Positions 46,595 through 55,980 of a stretch of 64,000 nt of DNA are shown here, piece by piece. The stretch comes from an uncultured Gammaproteobacteria bacterium (GTDB taxonomy: Bacteria > Patescibacteriota > Patescibacteriia > Magasanikbacterales > GWA2-37-8), in NCBI GenBank assembly GCA_964536725.1, contig CAZHYJ010000002.1:27219-91218 (forward strand). Direction: 5' to 3'. Numbering within the stretch: the first letter of the stretch is position 1; every line of letters begins with the position of its first letter. A program made the position numbers and the translations under genes. The notes beneath the pieces are model-generated. The model did not search any database and had not been told where the DNA came from. It saw nothing but the letters and a program-made list of their open reading frames with translations.

Positions 46595-46900
46595 ATGTTA
46601 GCTGTTATTGCTACCGGTGGAAAACAATATTTGATTAAAACCGGCGAAGAAATTAAAATCGAAAAACTACTTGCCAAAGAGGGTGAGACAGTAAAATTTG
46701 AAGAAATTTTACTTACTGCCAATGATGACGGTTCAAACGTCAAGCTTGGTAAACCGTTTGTTGAAGGCGTGAGCATCACCGCAACGGTGGTAAAGCAAGG
46801 CAAAGCTAGAACTGTGCGCGTGGAGAAATTCAAACGCAAAGTCCGTTACCACAAGGTGTATGGTCACCGCCAACCTTTCACTGCAGTAAAGATTGCCTAA
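46595..46900 (+). CDS. rplU: 50S ribosomal protein L21.
   Basis: MLAVIATGGKQYLIKTGEEIKIEKL. Promoter CTTGACT-17-TATATT upstream. Confidence 0.9.
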   Translation: MLAVIATGGKQYLIKTGEEIKIEKLLAKEGETVKFEEILLTANDDGSNVKLGKPFVEGVSITATVVKQGKARTVRVEKFKRKVRYHKVYGHRQPFTAVKIA

Positions 46901-46904
46901 AAGA

Positions 46905-46945
46905 AATTTTCAAAATCATCCGCCAACAAGTGGGTGATTTTTTGT
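46905..46945 (+). terminator. Terminator after rplU, AATCATCCGCC-aacaa-GTGGGTGATTTTTT.
   Basis: Hairpin plus T-run. Confidence 0.55.
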
Positions 46946-47014
46946 TTTAAAATATTGTTTTTGGGTTGGTGGGGTGGTATAATAAAAGCCAGCTTAAGAC
47001 ATAAGATTTCATAT

Positions 47015-48568
47015 ATGAATAGCGAGAGAGGGCACTCTTTCTTGCCGGTAGAAAAAATTAAAAAGGAGTCTGTGGGTGATCGTTTTAATGGGGCAGTGGT
47101 AAAAGAGATGGAAAAAAAATTTGATGCTACCCATGATGTAACTGGTGATTATTTTACCCATGCTTTTCCTTTTGATAATTTGGCGAGTATTGTAAATGTA
47201 GGTGGGTTGGTTACACCAAATGAATTAAGGAGGAGAAAGGTTGGTTTTAAGAGGGGGAGCGATGCTTCTTTCGGGTCAACGATATTCTTTTCTAAAAATG
47301 AAATTCAGGGTTACAGTATTTCACAGATGGGAGATAAAAAAGATAAGGTTATTTCTGCTGCGATTCTCGTTCCAACACAAGAGTTTCATAGGGTAAGTAG
47401 AACAAGAAATGATTTGGTTGGATCGCATGTGTTTAAAGAAGGCGACTATCGAGACCCAAATGCGAGGTCTGTTTCTAATGAATTTCCTTTATATACAGAA
47501 CATGCATATATGGTTAGTGATCGAGCAGTTCGTGCAGCTGAAGAAATATCACAAAAATTACTAAAACAAAAAATTGACAGAAGTAAGAATCTGTTAGATA
47601 AAATAATCGCACAAGCAGAGGCAGATTTTAAGGATGGAGTTGAAAGTTTGTCTGCCATCTCTGTGAACGAACGAGACAGTGTCATGAAGGAACTGGGTAG
47701 AGGTTATCATTTTGACGAAAACCCTTTTGTTTATTCGGTAGAACGAGGGATAAAAGAATTAGAAAATTTGATTCAAACAAAAGAAAAAGCTTTTAAAGAT
47801 TTAGAAATTGACTGTGGTTTTCAAAAAGAGACTATTCGGTTTTTTTTAGATCAAAAAAAGCCGAGTTTCTTACAAAATGTTGTTGAAAATTTGGGGTTTA
47901 AAACTAGGCGTCAATCAGATGTGGTAGGATTAGAAAAACAAGCGAAGGAGCAAGATGGAATTTTAGTTTCTGCCCAGGAAGAAATTGCCAAATTGAGAGA
48001 GCAGTTGTTAGAAAGTAAACAAAGGTATGAGCAGTTAAAGGTTGCTTACAAATTATTGATGGAAAAAAGAAGGGCGATAGGTGTAGCTCAACGTGCTTAT
48101 GATAATAGCGTCAATGAGTTTAAAAAATATTATAGGACAGAACCGGAGTATGATATGTTCGGTATAAACGCACTTGGTGAAGGTTTTTTAAAGGTGCTAA
48201 GTCAAATGAGAAAAGCTTATGGGGTTCCAGAGCTTGAAAGGGTAGCTAAAGTAAATATTGATCATTCTATAATATTAGTTGAAATTGAAGGGGCAGAGGA
48301 TGCTGTAAAAGCAACAGAAAATAAACCGGGTTTACGTTCTAGAATTATTTTATTTGATGGAAAAAAACTCTCAAAAGAAATAGAGGATAGAGTTTCGAAG
48401 GATGACCACAGTTTAGGAGATAGTGTGGATGTTTTAAATATATTAACCAAAACAGAGGATGGCTTTGCAATATTAAAAGCAGCACAGTCTGGGTCAGTAG
48501 GAGGCCAAAAGTTAAATGGCCTTATTTCGTTAGCAGATTATTTAGTTGATCAAAAAAAATTTAATTAA
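47015..48568 (+). CDS. Large hypothetical protein (518 aa) with an N-terminal globular region and a central coiled coil.
   Basis: Long ORF with its own TATAAT promoter. No motif recognised. Start set at the internal ATG (the track ORF begins at 46934). Confidence 0.5.
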   Translation: MNSERGHSFLPVEKIKKESVGDRFNGAVVKEMEKKFDATHDVTGDYFTHAFPFDNLASIVNVGGLVTPNELRRRKVGFKRGSDASFGSTIFFSKNEIQGYSISQMGDKKDKVISAAILVPTQEFHRVSRTRNDLVGSHVFKEGDYRDPNARSVSNEFPLYTEHAYMVSDRAVRAAEEISQKLLKQKIDRSKNLLDKIIAQAEADFKDGVESLSAISVNERDSVMKELGRGYHFDENPFVYSVERGIKELENLIQTKEKAFKDLEIDCGFQKETIRFFLDQKKPSFLQNVVENLGFKTRRQSDVVGLEKQAKEQDGILVSAQEEIAKLREQLLESKQRYEQLKVAYKLLMEKRRAIGVAQRAYDNSVNEFKKYYRTEPEYDMFGINALGEGFLKVLSQMRKAYGVPELERVAKVNIDHSIILVEIEGAEDAVKATENKPGLRSRIILFDGKKLSKEIEDRVSKDDHSLGDSVDVLNILTKTEDGFAILKAAQSGSVGGQKLNGLISLADYLVDQKKFN

Positions 48569-48582
48569 ATATTTTAAAAATT

Positions 48583-48978
48583 ATGACCACCTACACTTGG
48601 TATCAACAGCTCATTAAACCATCCTGGGCTCCACCATCATATTTGTTTGGTCCGGTTTGGTCGGTGTTGTATGTTCTGATCGCGATTTCTTTTGGCAAAG
48701 TGTTTCTGATGTTTTTTGGCAAACAAATTAAGTGGTATATACTTTTACCGTTTGTATTGAATATCATTTTTAACCTAATTTTTACCCCCATCCAATTTGG
48801 GTTGCAGAATAACTATCTAGCGGCTTTAGATATTTTATTGGTACTTGGTACCTTGATCTGGGCGATGGTGGCAATTTTTCCTTTTATGCGTTGGGTGACT
48901 TACCTGCAGATTCCATATTTGTTGTGGGTTAGTTTTGCGACGGTTTTGCAATTGACGATTACGGTGTTGAATAGATAA
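48583..48978 (+). CDS. TspO/MBR family tryptophan-rich sensory protein.
   Basis: Five-TM protein with WYQQLIKPSWAPPSYLFGPVWSVLY. Confidence 0.75.
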   Translation: MTTYTWYQQLIKPSWAPPSYLFGPVWSVLYVLIAISFGKVFLMFFGKQIKWYILLPFVLNIIFNLIFTPIQFGLQNNYLAALDILLVLGTLIWAMVAIFPFMRWVTYLQIPYLLWVSFATVLQLTITVLNR

Positions 48979-48981
48979 AAG

Positions 48982-49554
48982 ATGAAGAGCTTGATTAAGA
49001 AGAAAATATTATTAGCCGGTAACGAAGTCGAATACCTATTACAAAAAAGTATTCGGGCTGGGCGCATGCGTCTGTCGGTTGGATTCGGAGCGGTTGTTAC
49101 TGTGACAATTCCGTGGTATTTCAGTGAACGTAAAGTTGAGATGTTTTTGCGCGACAAGGCGGGGTGGATTTTAAAGAAGATGGCGCATTTTAAAAAGATT
49201 GGTAACGTAGTTAGAATTGGTGGAGGAAGAAAAGACTATTTAAAACACAAAGAACAGGCGAGACAGTTGGTGTTGCGAACGATTGAAGATATAAACAAAG
49301 ACGGACAGTTTGTGTTTAATCGCATTGCCATCCGAAACAACAAGTCGCGTTGGGGTAGTTGCTCAAAAAAAGGAAATTTAAATTTTAATTATCGGATTAT
49401 TTTTCTACCTGAACATTTGGTAAAGTATCTAGTGGTGCATGAACTGTCTCACTTAAAAGAATTTAATCATTCACATCGTTTCTGGAATTTGGTGGGGGAG
49501 TATGTGCCGGATTACAAAAAAGTAACGAAAGAATTGAAGAAAAATATATTTTAA
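48982..49554 (+). CDS. YgjP-like metal-dependent hydrolase (DUF45/M48 family, HExxH).
   Basis: RWGSCSKKGNLNFNYRIIFLPEHLVKYLVVHELSHL. Confidence 0.75.
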   Translation: MKSLIKKKILLAGNEVEYLLQKSIRAGRMRLSVGFGAVVTVTIPWYFSERKVEMFLRDKAGWILKKMAHFKKIGNVVRIGGGRKDYLKHKEQARQLVLRTIEDINKDGQFVFNRIAIRNNKSRWGSCSKKGNLNFNYRIIFLPEHLVKYLVVHELSHLKEFNHSHRFWNLVGEYVPDYKKVTKELKKNIF

Positions 49555-49573
49555 TATTTAATAGTGTAAATAT

Positions 49574-49873
49574 ATGAAAGGTTTTTTAAATTTTATTCGT
49601 GAACAAGGAGTGGTTGGACTGGCAGTCGGTTTTTTATTAGGCGGAGCAGTATCTCGAACAGTGACTTCTCTGGTGGACAATGTAATTAATCCATTAGTCG
49701 GTTTGTTACTGGGCAAGGTAAGTTTGGTAGATCGAGCTGTTGTTTTTGGTAATGCTTCTTTAAAGTATGGTGCATTCATTTCTTCGATCATTGATTTTGT
49801 TATTATCGCTGCAGTTATCTACTTTGGTATCAAATTGATAGGGATAGATCGGTTGGATAAAAAGAAGGAATAA
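49574..49873 (+). CDS. mscL: Large-conductance mechanosensitive channel MscL.
   Basis: FIREQGVVGLAVGFLLGGAV TM1, TM2, and a charged C-terminus. Confidence 0.85.
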   Translation: MKGFLNFIREQGVVGLAVGFLLGGAVSRTVTSLVDNVINPLVGLLLGKVSLVDRAVVFGNASLKYGAFISSIIDFVIIAAVIYFGIKLIGIDRLDKKKE

Positions 49874-49921
49874 TTTTTTAAATTATTTTAAAATCACTCA
49901 ATTTGTTTGGGTGATTTTTTG

Positions 49922-49950
49922 TTGACAGATAATATGTGATGTGGTGTAAT
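49922..49950 (+). promoter_or_regulatory. Promoter TTGACA-17-TGTAAT in front of the GC-rich ORF.
   Basis: Read from the sequence. Confidence 0.4.
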
Positions 49951-49982
49951 ATTTCAGGCTTCTTTCTTCGAGGAGGGAGAAA

Positions 49983-50243
49983 GTGTCTAGTAAAAAGTCT
50001 CCGTTGAGGCTGGAGCTGGAGGAGAGCCTTACCTTAGAAAAGTTGAAGTTCGTGTTCGAAGAGGGTAGGGGTGTATTCCTTCATGACTGGGAAGGGCTGA
50101 TCAAGAGCCATCCTCGCAAGAGGGGCGTGGTCGCGAGGTATCTCGCGACGGTCGTTGGCAGTCATGTCCAGATGCCCGTCGAGGTGACGGGTTGGACTAG
50201 TGCCGGCGAAGGACGATATCAGCTGCACTACAAGCTGATCTGA
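49983..50243 (+). CDS. GC-rich foreign-looking small protein (86 aa), GTG start.
   Basis: Strong SD GAGGAGGGAGAAA, about 55% GC. Followed by the hairpin CCCCCGAA...TTCGGGGG. Confidence 0.45.
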   Translation: MSSKKSPLRLELEESLTLEKLKFVFEEGRGVFLHDWEGLIKSHPRKRGVVARYLATVVGSHVQMPVEVTGWTSAGEGRYQLHYKLI

Positions 50244-50349
50244 AGGAGGGTGGCGAGTTGGAAACTCGCAATTACCCCCGAACGCGCGAACCTGCTCTTC
50301 GGGGGTTCGCTTTATATAAACCCAAGAGACGATAAAACAACAATTTTAA

Positions 50350-50385
50350 AACCGCCCCAGTTGGAGCGGTTTTGTTTTTTTACTG
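50350..50385. terminator. Bidirectional terminator, AAACCGC-cccagttgga-GCGGTTT.
   Basis: Hairpin flanked by A-run and T-run, downstream of recR (minus strand). Confidence 0.5.
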
Positions 50386-50976
50386 ATGTCGATGCTTCAA
50401 TGCGTTCCCCAGCGTAATCTCATCCGCATACTGAATATCACTCCCCGTCGGCAACCCACGTGCTAAACGTGTTGTTTTTATCTTAGGAAATTTTTCTTTT
50501 ATCTCCTTTTCCAAATACATCATGGTAGTCTCTCCCGCCATATCAGGATTAAGCGCTAAAATCACTTCTTGTATTTCCGTACTTTTTAATCTTTCCAGTA
50601 ATTCCGATATTTTTAGATTACCAATCTGGTCTAGGTCAGTTGCGTCAATCGTCCCGCGTAAAATATGGTAAGTGCCTTTGTATTCACCGGTACTTTCTAA
50701 TACAGGTACGGCCTGTGGATCGGACACCACGCAAATAATATTTTTCATTCGAGTTTTATCTTGGCAAATTGGACAAGGATTGGTGTCGGAGAAATTCCAA
50801 CAGGTTTCGCAACTTTTTACTTTAGCTAGAAGTTCTTCCAGTGAGTTCACCGTCTCCATCACTTCTTTTTTACCGGAGTTTAACCAATAAAAAACAAACC
50901 TTTCCGCGGTGTGTTGACCAACGGAAGGAAGTCTTTTCAAGACGGCAATCAATTTGTCAATTGAAGGCGAGTACAT
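50380..50976 (-). CDS. recR: Recombination protein RecR.
   Basis: C4 zinc finger (CETCWNFSDTNPCPIC) and Toprim domain. Confidence 0.9.
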   Translation of the reverse strand: MYSPSIDKLIAVLKRLPSVGQHTAERFVFYWLNSGKKEVMETVNSLEELLAKVKSCETCWNFSDTNPCPICQDKTRMKNIICVVSDPQAVPVLESTGEYKGTYHILRGTIDATDLDQIGNLKISELLERLKSTEIQEVILALNPDMAGETTMMYLEKEIKEKFPKIKTTRLARGLPTGSDIQYADEITLGNALKHRHQ

Positions 50977-50977
50977 G

Positions 50978-51283
50978 TTAACTTAGGCCGGGAATATTGA
51001 AGTCACCGGATTTTTGCATCTTCATCGCGATGGTGCGTTGCATTTTTTTCAAAGCGTCAGCGTGTGCTTCTTTGATCGCATTTTGTAATTTTTCTTTTTT
51101 GTCCGGTGTTAACATTTCATCATCAATTACAACTGCGGATAGTTCCAAATTACCATTCATTGTTAAAACAACTTTATCGTTAGCGGTACGGACAGTGACA
51201 GATTCATCCGCCAACAAGCTTTGCATTTTTTTACCTTGTTCACGTAAATCTTTAAACTGTTTTAATTTATTTAGCATTGACAT
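50978..51283 (-). CDS. ybaB: Nucleoid-associated protein YbaB/EbfC.
   Basis: About 100 aa, co-oriented immediately upstream of recR, with the characteristic sequence pattern. Confidence 0.8.
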   Translation of the reverse strand: MSMLNKLKQFKDLREQGKKMQSLLADESVTVRTANDKVVLTMNGNLELSAVVIDDEMLTPDKKEKLQNAIKEAHADALKKMQRTIAMKMQKSGDFNIPGLS

Positions 51284-51308
51284 ATTTTTTAGTTAAAATT
51301 TAATATTA

Positions 51309-52808
51309 TTAGTATTCTATTGATGCCCCAGCAGAATCATCCGGCGGTCGGGGAGCGTGATTTTGTTGACCTGGTCGGATAAAAGCCGACTTTGGTTTCA
51401 AGGCTGGGGGTGCAGCGGGTGCAGCTGGTTTGTTAACGTAGGAGTTGTCCAAATTTCTAAATGACGCAAACTGTTCGTTAAAAACACATTTTACTATACC
51501 AGTCGGACCATTTCTGTGTTTGGCGATATGAATTTCGGCAATATTTTTTTCATCGGGTGAAACATCCTCCGGACGATAGTTGCGATCGGCGGATTTTCGG
51601 TAGATGAATAATACCACATCTGCGTCCTGTTCGATAGACCCAGATTCACGCAAGTGTGAGAGTTTTGGAATAGCCGGCGTGCTTTGTTCTACCACACGTG
51701 ACAACTGAGACAGGGCCAAAACAGGAATACTTAATTCGCGGGCAATACCTTTTAAACCGCGGGTAATTTCTGCCACTTCTTGCACACGATTGTCGCCTCC
51801 GCCTTTTCCTTTTGATTCCATCAACTGCAAGTAGTCGATAACGATCAAGCCCAAACCATGCTCAGCCTGCAAACGGCGAGCTTTTGTTCTGATCTGCATG
51901 ATGTTCACGTTGGGGGAGTCATCAATAAAAATCGGGGCTTCAGAAAGCGAACCAATCGCATGGCCAATGCGCGGAAAATCATCAGAATCGGGACTGTCGG
52001 AAAGTTTGCCGGTACGCAAACGCCAAAGATCAATGTTGGCTTCTGAACACAACATACGATCTACCAACTGTTCCTTGCTCATTTCAAGAGAAAACAAACC
52101 CACTGGTATTCTCAATTTGGAGCCGATGTGTCTGATCATATCCATCGCCAGAGCAGTTTTACCCACACTCGGACGAGCAGCCAAGATAATCAAATCGGAT
52201 TTTTGTAAACCAGCCAGAAGATTGTCTAAACCGGTGAGACCAGTTGGCACACCGCGTAGCTTGCCTTTGTTTTTGTGTAGTTCGTCAATGCGGTCAAAGG
52301 CATCAGCCAAAACGCCGCGGATGGGAGTAAAAGTTTGTTTAAAATATATTTGTGAAACACCAAACAAATGTTGCTGGGCTTCGTCCAAAACATCTTCAAT
52401 TTCATTACTTTCATTGTAACCTAAACGGATAATCTCATGTGAAGCATTCAAAAGACGGCGACGAATGGCTTTGCGATGAACGATGCGGGCGTAGTTTTCA
52501 ACATTTGAAGCGGTTGGTACGGTGTTGGCCAAGGTGGCTAAGTAGCTGCGCCCACCAACACTATCTAAAGAATTTTTTTCTGTTAAACGATTGCTCAAAG
52601 TCAATAAGTCAATGGAATCGTTGCGCGAATACATTTCCAAAATCGTTTCGTAAATTCTTCCGTGACTTTCTTTATAAAAATCATCCGCGCGAGTGGTGTC
52701 GGCAATTTTTAATAGGGCCTCTTTATCCAAAAGAATTGAACCCAAAAGAGACATTTCTGCTTCCAGACTTTGGGGTGGTATTTTTTCGATGTCGTTGTTG
52801 TCGGACAT
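51309..52808 (-). CDS. dnaB: Replicative DNA helicase DnaB.
   Basis: Walker A LIILAARPSVGKTALAM and RecA-like C-terminal domain, full length. Confidence 0.9.
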   Translation of the reverse strand: MSDNNDIEKIPPQSLEAEMSLLGSILLDKEALLKIADTTRADDFYKESHGRIYETILEMYSRNDSIDLLTLSNRLTEKNSLDSVGGRSYLATLANTVPTASNVENYARIVHRKAIRRRLLNASHEIIRLGYNESNEIEDVLDEAQQHLFGVSQIYFKQTFTPIRGVLADAFDRIDELHKNKGKLRGVPTGLTGLDNLLAGLQKSDLIILAARPSVGKTALAMDMIRHIGSKLRIPVGLFSLEMSKEQLVDRMLCSEANIDLWRLRTGKLSDSPDSDDFPRIGHAIGSLSEAPIFIDDSPNVNIMQIRTKARRLQAEHGLGLIVIDYLQLMESKGKGGGDNRVQEVAEITRGLKGIARELSIPVLALSQLSRVVEQSTPAIPKLSHLRESGSIEQDADVVLFIYRKSADRNYRPEDVSPDEKNIAEIHIAKHRNGPTGIVKCVFNEQFASFRNLDNSYVNKPAAPAAPPALKPKSAFIRPGQQNHAPRPPDDSAGASIEY

Positions 52809-52925
52809 AGTTTTGTTTGCCCGTATATGTTAACTCAAAGAGGGTGTTTTAAGCAAGGCGGGGGTGGGGGTGAATTGTGATTAAAATGTGTGTATATAAA
52901 GTTGTAGCCGCGACGGGTATCGCGG

Positions 52926-53738
52926 CTACTTGTTTCCACGGGACTTGAAACGGGGGGTGATGTCGCTGATTAAGCGTCTGATGAGGTCGGCGGCAATGGG
53001 GAGGATCGGGGTGTGGTGCTTTTCGGTCGTTTGGTGCTTCGCCTTTTTTTCCGCGTACGATTTCCAGGAAAGCGGAATCGAAGCGAGGAAGGTGAACACA
53101 CCGACAGTGCCGATCACGCTGGTAGGCTCGTTGATGGAGCACATCATCAGCATGATTCCAGCGGACTGCAAGATCATCTTGATCTTCCCGGAGAGGGTAG
53201 ATGCAAGTGCTCGTGTGTCTGGGTGGTTTTGCACCACCTCGTAGGCGAAGTCGGCCAGGCGAATCTTCGTCAGCTTGACCTCCAGATAGGCGAAGCCGAA
53301 GAAATCTGTCGCAAGGACGACCCAGTACCACCACTCGACGGGGATGCTGTCTGCTACCACAAGGGCAATGATCACGACGGCGAGGCTGAATTGCGAGAGC
53401 AGTGTCAGAATCTGCGCTTTGTCAGCCAGCGGGTCTGAGACCTTGCCCAGTGCGGTGCAGTTCCGTCGGTAGCGTGCCAGCGCTCCGTCCAGAGCGTCTA
53501 GCAGCAGGGTGAACAAGAGTGCCACCACTCCGAGCCAGATCAGCACGTTGCTGTTGAGCACTGCCCCCAGAAGAAACAGCACGAAGACAAAAGGCGTCAT
53601 CGGCAGCACTCTGAAGACAGTGATCATGTTCGGCGTAATCCACACTGGAATGATCTTGCAGATCGGTTCCAGCAAGCGGTCGAAAATCCCAGCCGGGAAT
53701 TCCGATGTGCCGTTGTAAACGGCATTTTTCAAGTCCAT
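52926..53738 (-). CDS. CDP-alcohol phosphatidyltransferase family protein (PgsA-like phospholipid headgroup transferase). GC-rich and foreign-looking.
   Basis: Perfect DALDGALARYRRNCTALGKVSDPLAD = D-G-x2-A-R-x8-G-x3-D-x3-D signature. GGAGGG SD. CTG/GGC-biased codon usage. Confidence 0.75.
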   Translation of the reverse strand: MDLKNAVYNGTSEFPAGIFDRLLEPICKIIPVWITPNMITVFRVLPMTPFVFVLFLLGAVLNSNVLIWLGVVALLFTLLLDALDGALARYRRNCTALGKVSDPLADKAQILTLLSQFSLAVVIIALVVADSIPVEWWYWVVLATDFFGFAYLEVKLTKIRLADFAYEVVQNHPDTRALASTLSGKIKMILQSAGIMLMMCSINEPTSVIGTVGVFTFLASIPLSWKSYAEKKAKHQTTEKHHTPILPIAADLIRRLISDITPRFKSRGNK

Positions 53739-53816
53739 GGTTTTCCCTCCAATCAACTGATGGGAATAGTACAGGCGCTTTGCCTTTTTTGTCAACATTG
53801 AGTATAATCTATATGT

Positions 53817-55973
53817 ATGAATCAATGGAAACAATTGCTTAAACCGGTAGTTTTTTTGTTAGTGTTTTCGATTTTAATATTTCTTTCTTGGTCAAAATAT
53901 TTACCACAATTTTTTGGTATCTTTTTTGGGTTAATATTATTCTTCCGTATTGCCTCCTGGTGGCGTCATTCTCTCGGAGAAATGTTTGATATTCCACTGC
54001 GTTCTTTCCGGGCTTGGGTTTTCTCTGTCTTTTGGACGTTAGTTAATATCGGCACGTTTGCTGGAGTTGCCCTGTTCTTTGGTCGGTTGGATGCGTTGAC
54101 TGGTTCACTCGGTCTATTCTTTAGTGGTCTAGTGGCGGTAATATTTAAAAAATATAATTTCACTCGTGAGTCACGAACTATTGAAGTAGATGTTAAGGAA
54201 GAACGACCGTTAGACAAAATTTTAGTTTTGGTTTATTTGGTGCTGTTTTTTATCGGTCTTAATATTTTGGTGCACGCCAAAACCGGTTTGGTTGTCTCAA
54301 CACCATGGCAAGTGATTCCGGAAAATTATTTAATAATATATTTTCTTGCCACCGCCGCACTTCTACGTATTCTTTTTTCTGAATTGTCTGCCAAAGCAAC
54401 TTTGGTGTTGATTGTTTTTCATACTTTTTTAACTGTCTCGTATTTAGCCTTTACTCATGAATTGTTTTATGGCGCTGACATCTGGCGTCATCTGGCAACC
54501 GAAAATGCCATTATTCAAAGTGGTGGCTGGCGTGATGCGGTGGTGACGGGTGTACAATCGGTATTTGATTTTGGTAAATTATCTTACGCCCAGTTTTTGT
54601 CACTCGGCGTTGTTCTCAATCAAGTATTTGGTTTGGATCTTATTTTCATCAACAAATGGTTACAACCAATACTGTGGGCGTTTGTATTTCCAGCTTTGAT
54701 GTTTTCTTTTGCTCGTGAAATGGGGGCAGACAAAAGAGGGGGATTGCTCGCCGCGATTTTTGGTCTTTTGCCTTTTGCTTTACAGGCGTCTGGGTCTTTT
54801 GCTCTGCCGGTAAATTTTGGCTTTTTGGTGTGGTTGTTTTTGGTTTGGTTGTTGTTAAAATTCATGCACGAGCGCTTGAAAATTCAGGCAATATTTTTAA
54901 TTACTTTTGGTGCGTTATTAATTTTTAGTTACTCTTTGTATTTTGTCCTTTTTTGGCTTTTGTGGTTTGTGTTAGAGATTGCACGAGCAACGGGTGAGTG
55001 GTCACGTTGGAAAAAAATATTAACGAGTCTTGGTTTGTTCTTGATTGTTGCCGTTTCTATACCAGCTATAGAGTTGATATTTAATTTTGGTCATTTGCCT
55101 CGAACTTGGGATTTGCTATCAGGATTAAAACAATTTTTTGGCAACTTGTCCGGTTGGTATTTGGCTTTTGGTCCACGGTCGCATGATATTGCTACCGGTA
55201 ATATTCTATTTAATCAAACACCGGCAATGGCCTTTGTTCCCAATTTTCTAACTGTCGATCGCTATTGGTTAATCGCCGCTGCATTAGTTTTTTGGCTTTC
55301 CAGTTTGTTTGGTTTGATAAACGGTTTAAGGAAAAAAGATTTTCGTCTCAACGGTTTGGCTCTACTGATCGTCGGTTTGTTCTTTGGATATTTTTTCAGT
55401 CGTTATCTAATGGTGGGCGACAATATTTTAGCACGTCGTTTAGAGGTGGTATTAGCATGTCTGTCGGTATTTTTCGGTGCCCGATTTTGGATGGGGGTGT
55501 TTCTTAAAAAGCAAGAATTTTTTGCGCGCTTCCGCTATGTGGGTTTGATAATGGTGGTGATATTTAGTGCGGGTGCAATTACGGCTTCATATTCACTCGG
55601 ACCAGATACCAAGACTGTGAGTAGTGACGAATATCAGGCAGCGCAATATATTTGGCAACAAGTTTCGTCGGATAACAAATTTTGTGTTTTAGGTGATACT
55701 TATCCGCTCCTAGCGCTAGAAGCAGAGTCAGCCAAGAAAGTAGTGGGCGGCGGTTTTCCAATTGACACCAACTTTGGTCAGCCAGAGCGGGTGCAATTGT
55801 TTAAAGATTTAACAAATCGGTCGGTAGAAAATGTTTTGACTGACGCAAAGATATTGATAGACACAAAGAGCTGCTGGTTGGTATTTTCAGGTGATAACGG
55901 GAAAGTTAATTTGCGTTATGATAAAAAGAATATTCAAAAAGTTTTTGGTGATGTAATAATATTTAAAAATTAA
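53817..55973 (+). CDS. Large polytopic membrane protein (718 aa), possibly a GT-C-type glycosyltransferase.
   Basis: More than 14 predicted TMs and loop regions. No motif confidently recognised. Confidence 0.4.
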   Translation: MNQWKQLLKPVVFLLVFSILIFLSWSKYLPQFFGIFFGLILFFRIASWWRHSLGEMFDIPLRSFRAWVFSVFWTLVNIGTFAGVALFFGRLDALTGSLGLFFSGLVAVIFKKYNFTRESRTIEVDVKEERPLDKILVLVYLVLFFIGLNILVHAKTGLVVSTPWQVIPENYLIIYFLATAALLRILFSELSAKATLVLIVFHTFLTVSYLAFTHELFYGADIWRHLATENAIIQSGGWRDAVVTGVQSVFDFGKLSYAQFLSLGVVLNQVFGLDLIFINKWLQPILWAFVFPALMFSFAREMGADKRGGLLAAIFGLLPFALQASGSFALPVNFGFLVWLFLVWLLLKFMHERLKIQAIFLITFGALLIFSYSLYFVLFWLLWFVLEIARATGEWSRWKKILTSLGLFLIVAVSIPAIELIFNFGHLPRTWDLLSGLKQFFGNLSGWYLAFGPRSHDIATGNILFNQTPAMAFVPNFLTVDRYWLIAAALVFWLSSLFGLINGLRKKDFRLNGLALLIVGLFFGYFFSRYLMVGDNILARRLEVVLACLSVFFGARFWMGVFLKKQEFFARFRYVGLIMVVIFSAGAITASYSLGPDTKTVSSDEYQAAQYIWQQVSSDNKFCVLGDTYPLLALEAESAKKVVGGGFPIDTNFGQPERVQLFKDLTNRSVENVLTDAKILIDTKSCWLVFSGDNGKVNLRYDKKNIQKVFGDVIIFKN

Positions 55974-55980
55974 TTTTAAT

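Noticed and set aside
49940-50330. Considered whether the GC-rich islets are structured RNA genes (tmRNA, RNase P RNA, SRP RNA), which stand out as GC-rich in AT-rich genomes.
   Set aside because: There is no tRNA-like 3' end (GGTTCGAATCC...CCA), no RNase P P4 motif (AGGAAAGTCCGGGC), and no tmRNA 5' GGGG...TTCGAC. Each islet instead carries a long ORF with a GGAGG SD, and island 3 has a clear enzyme motif.
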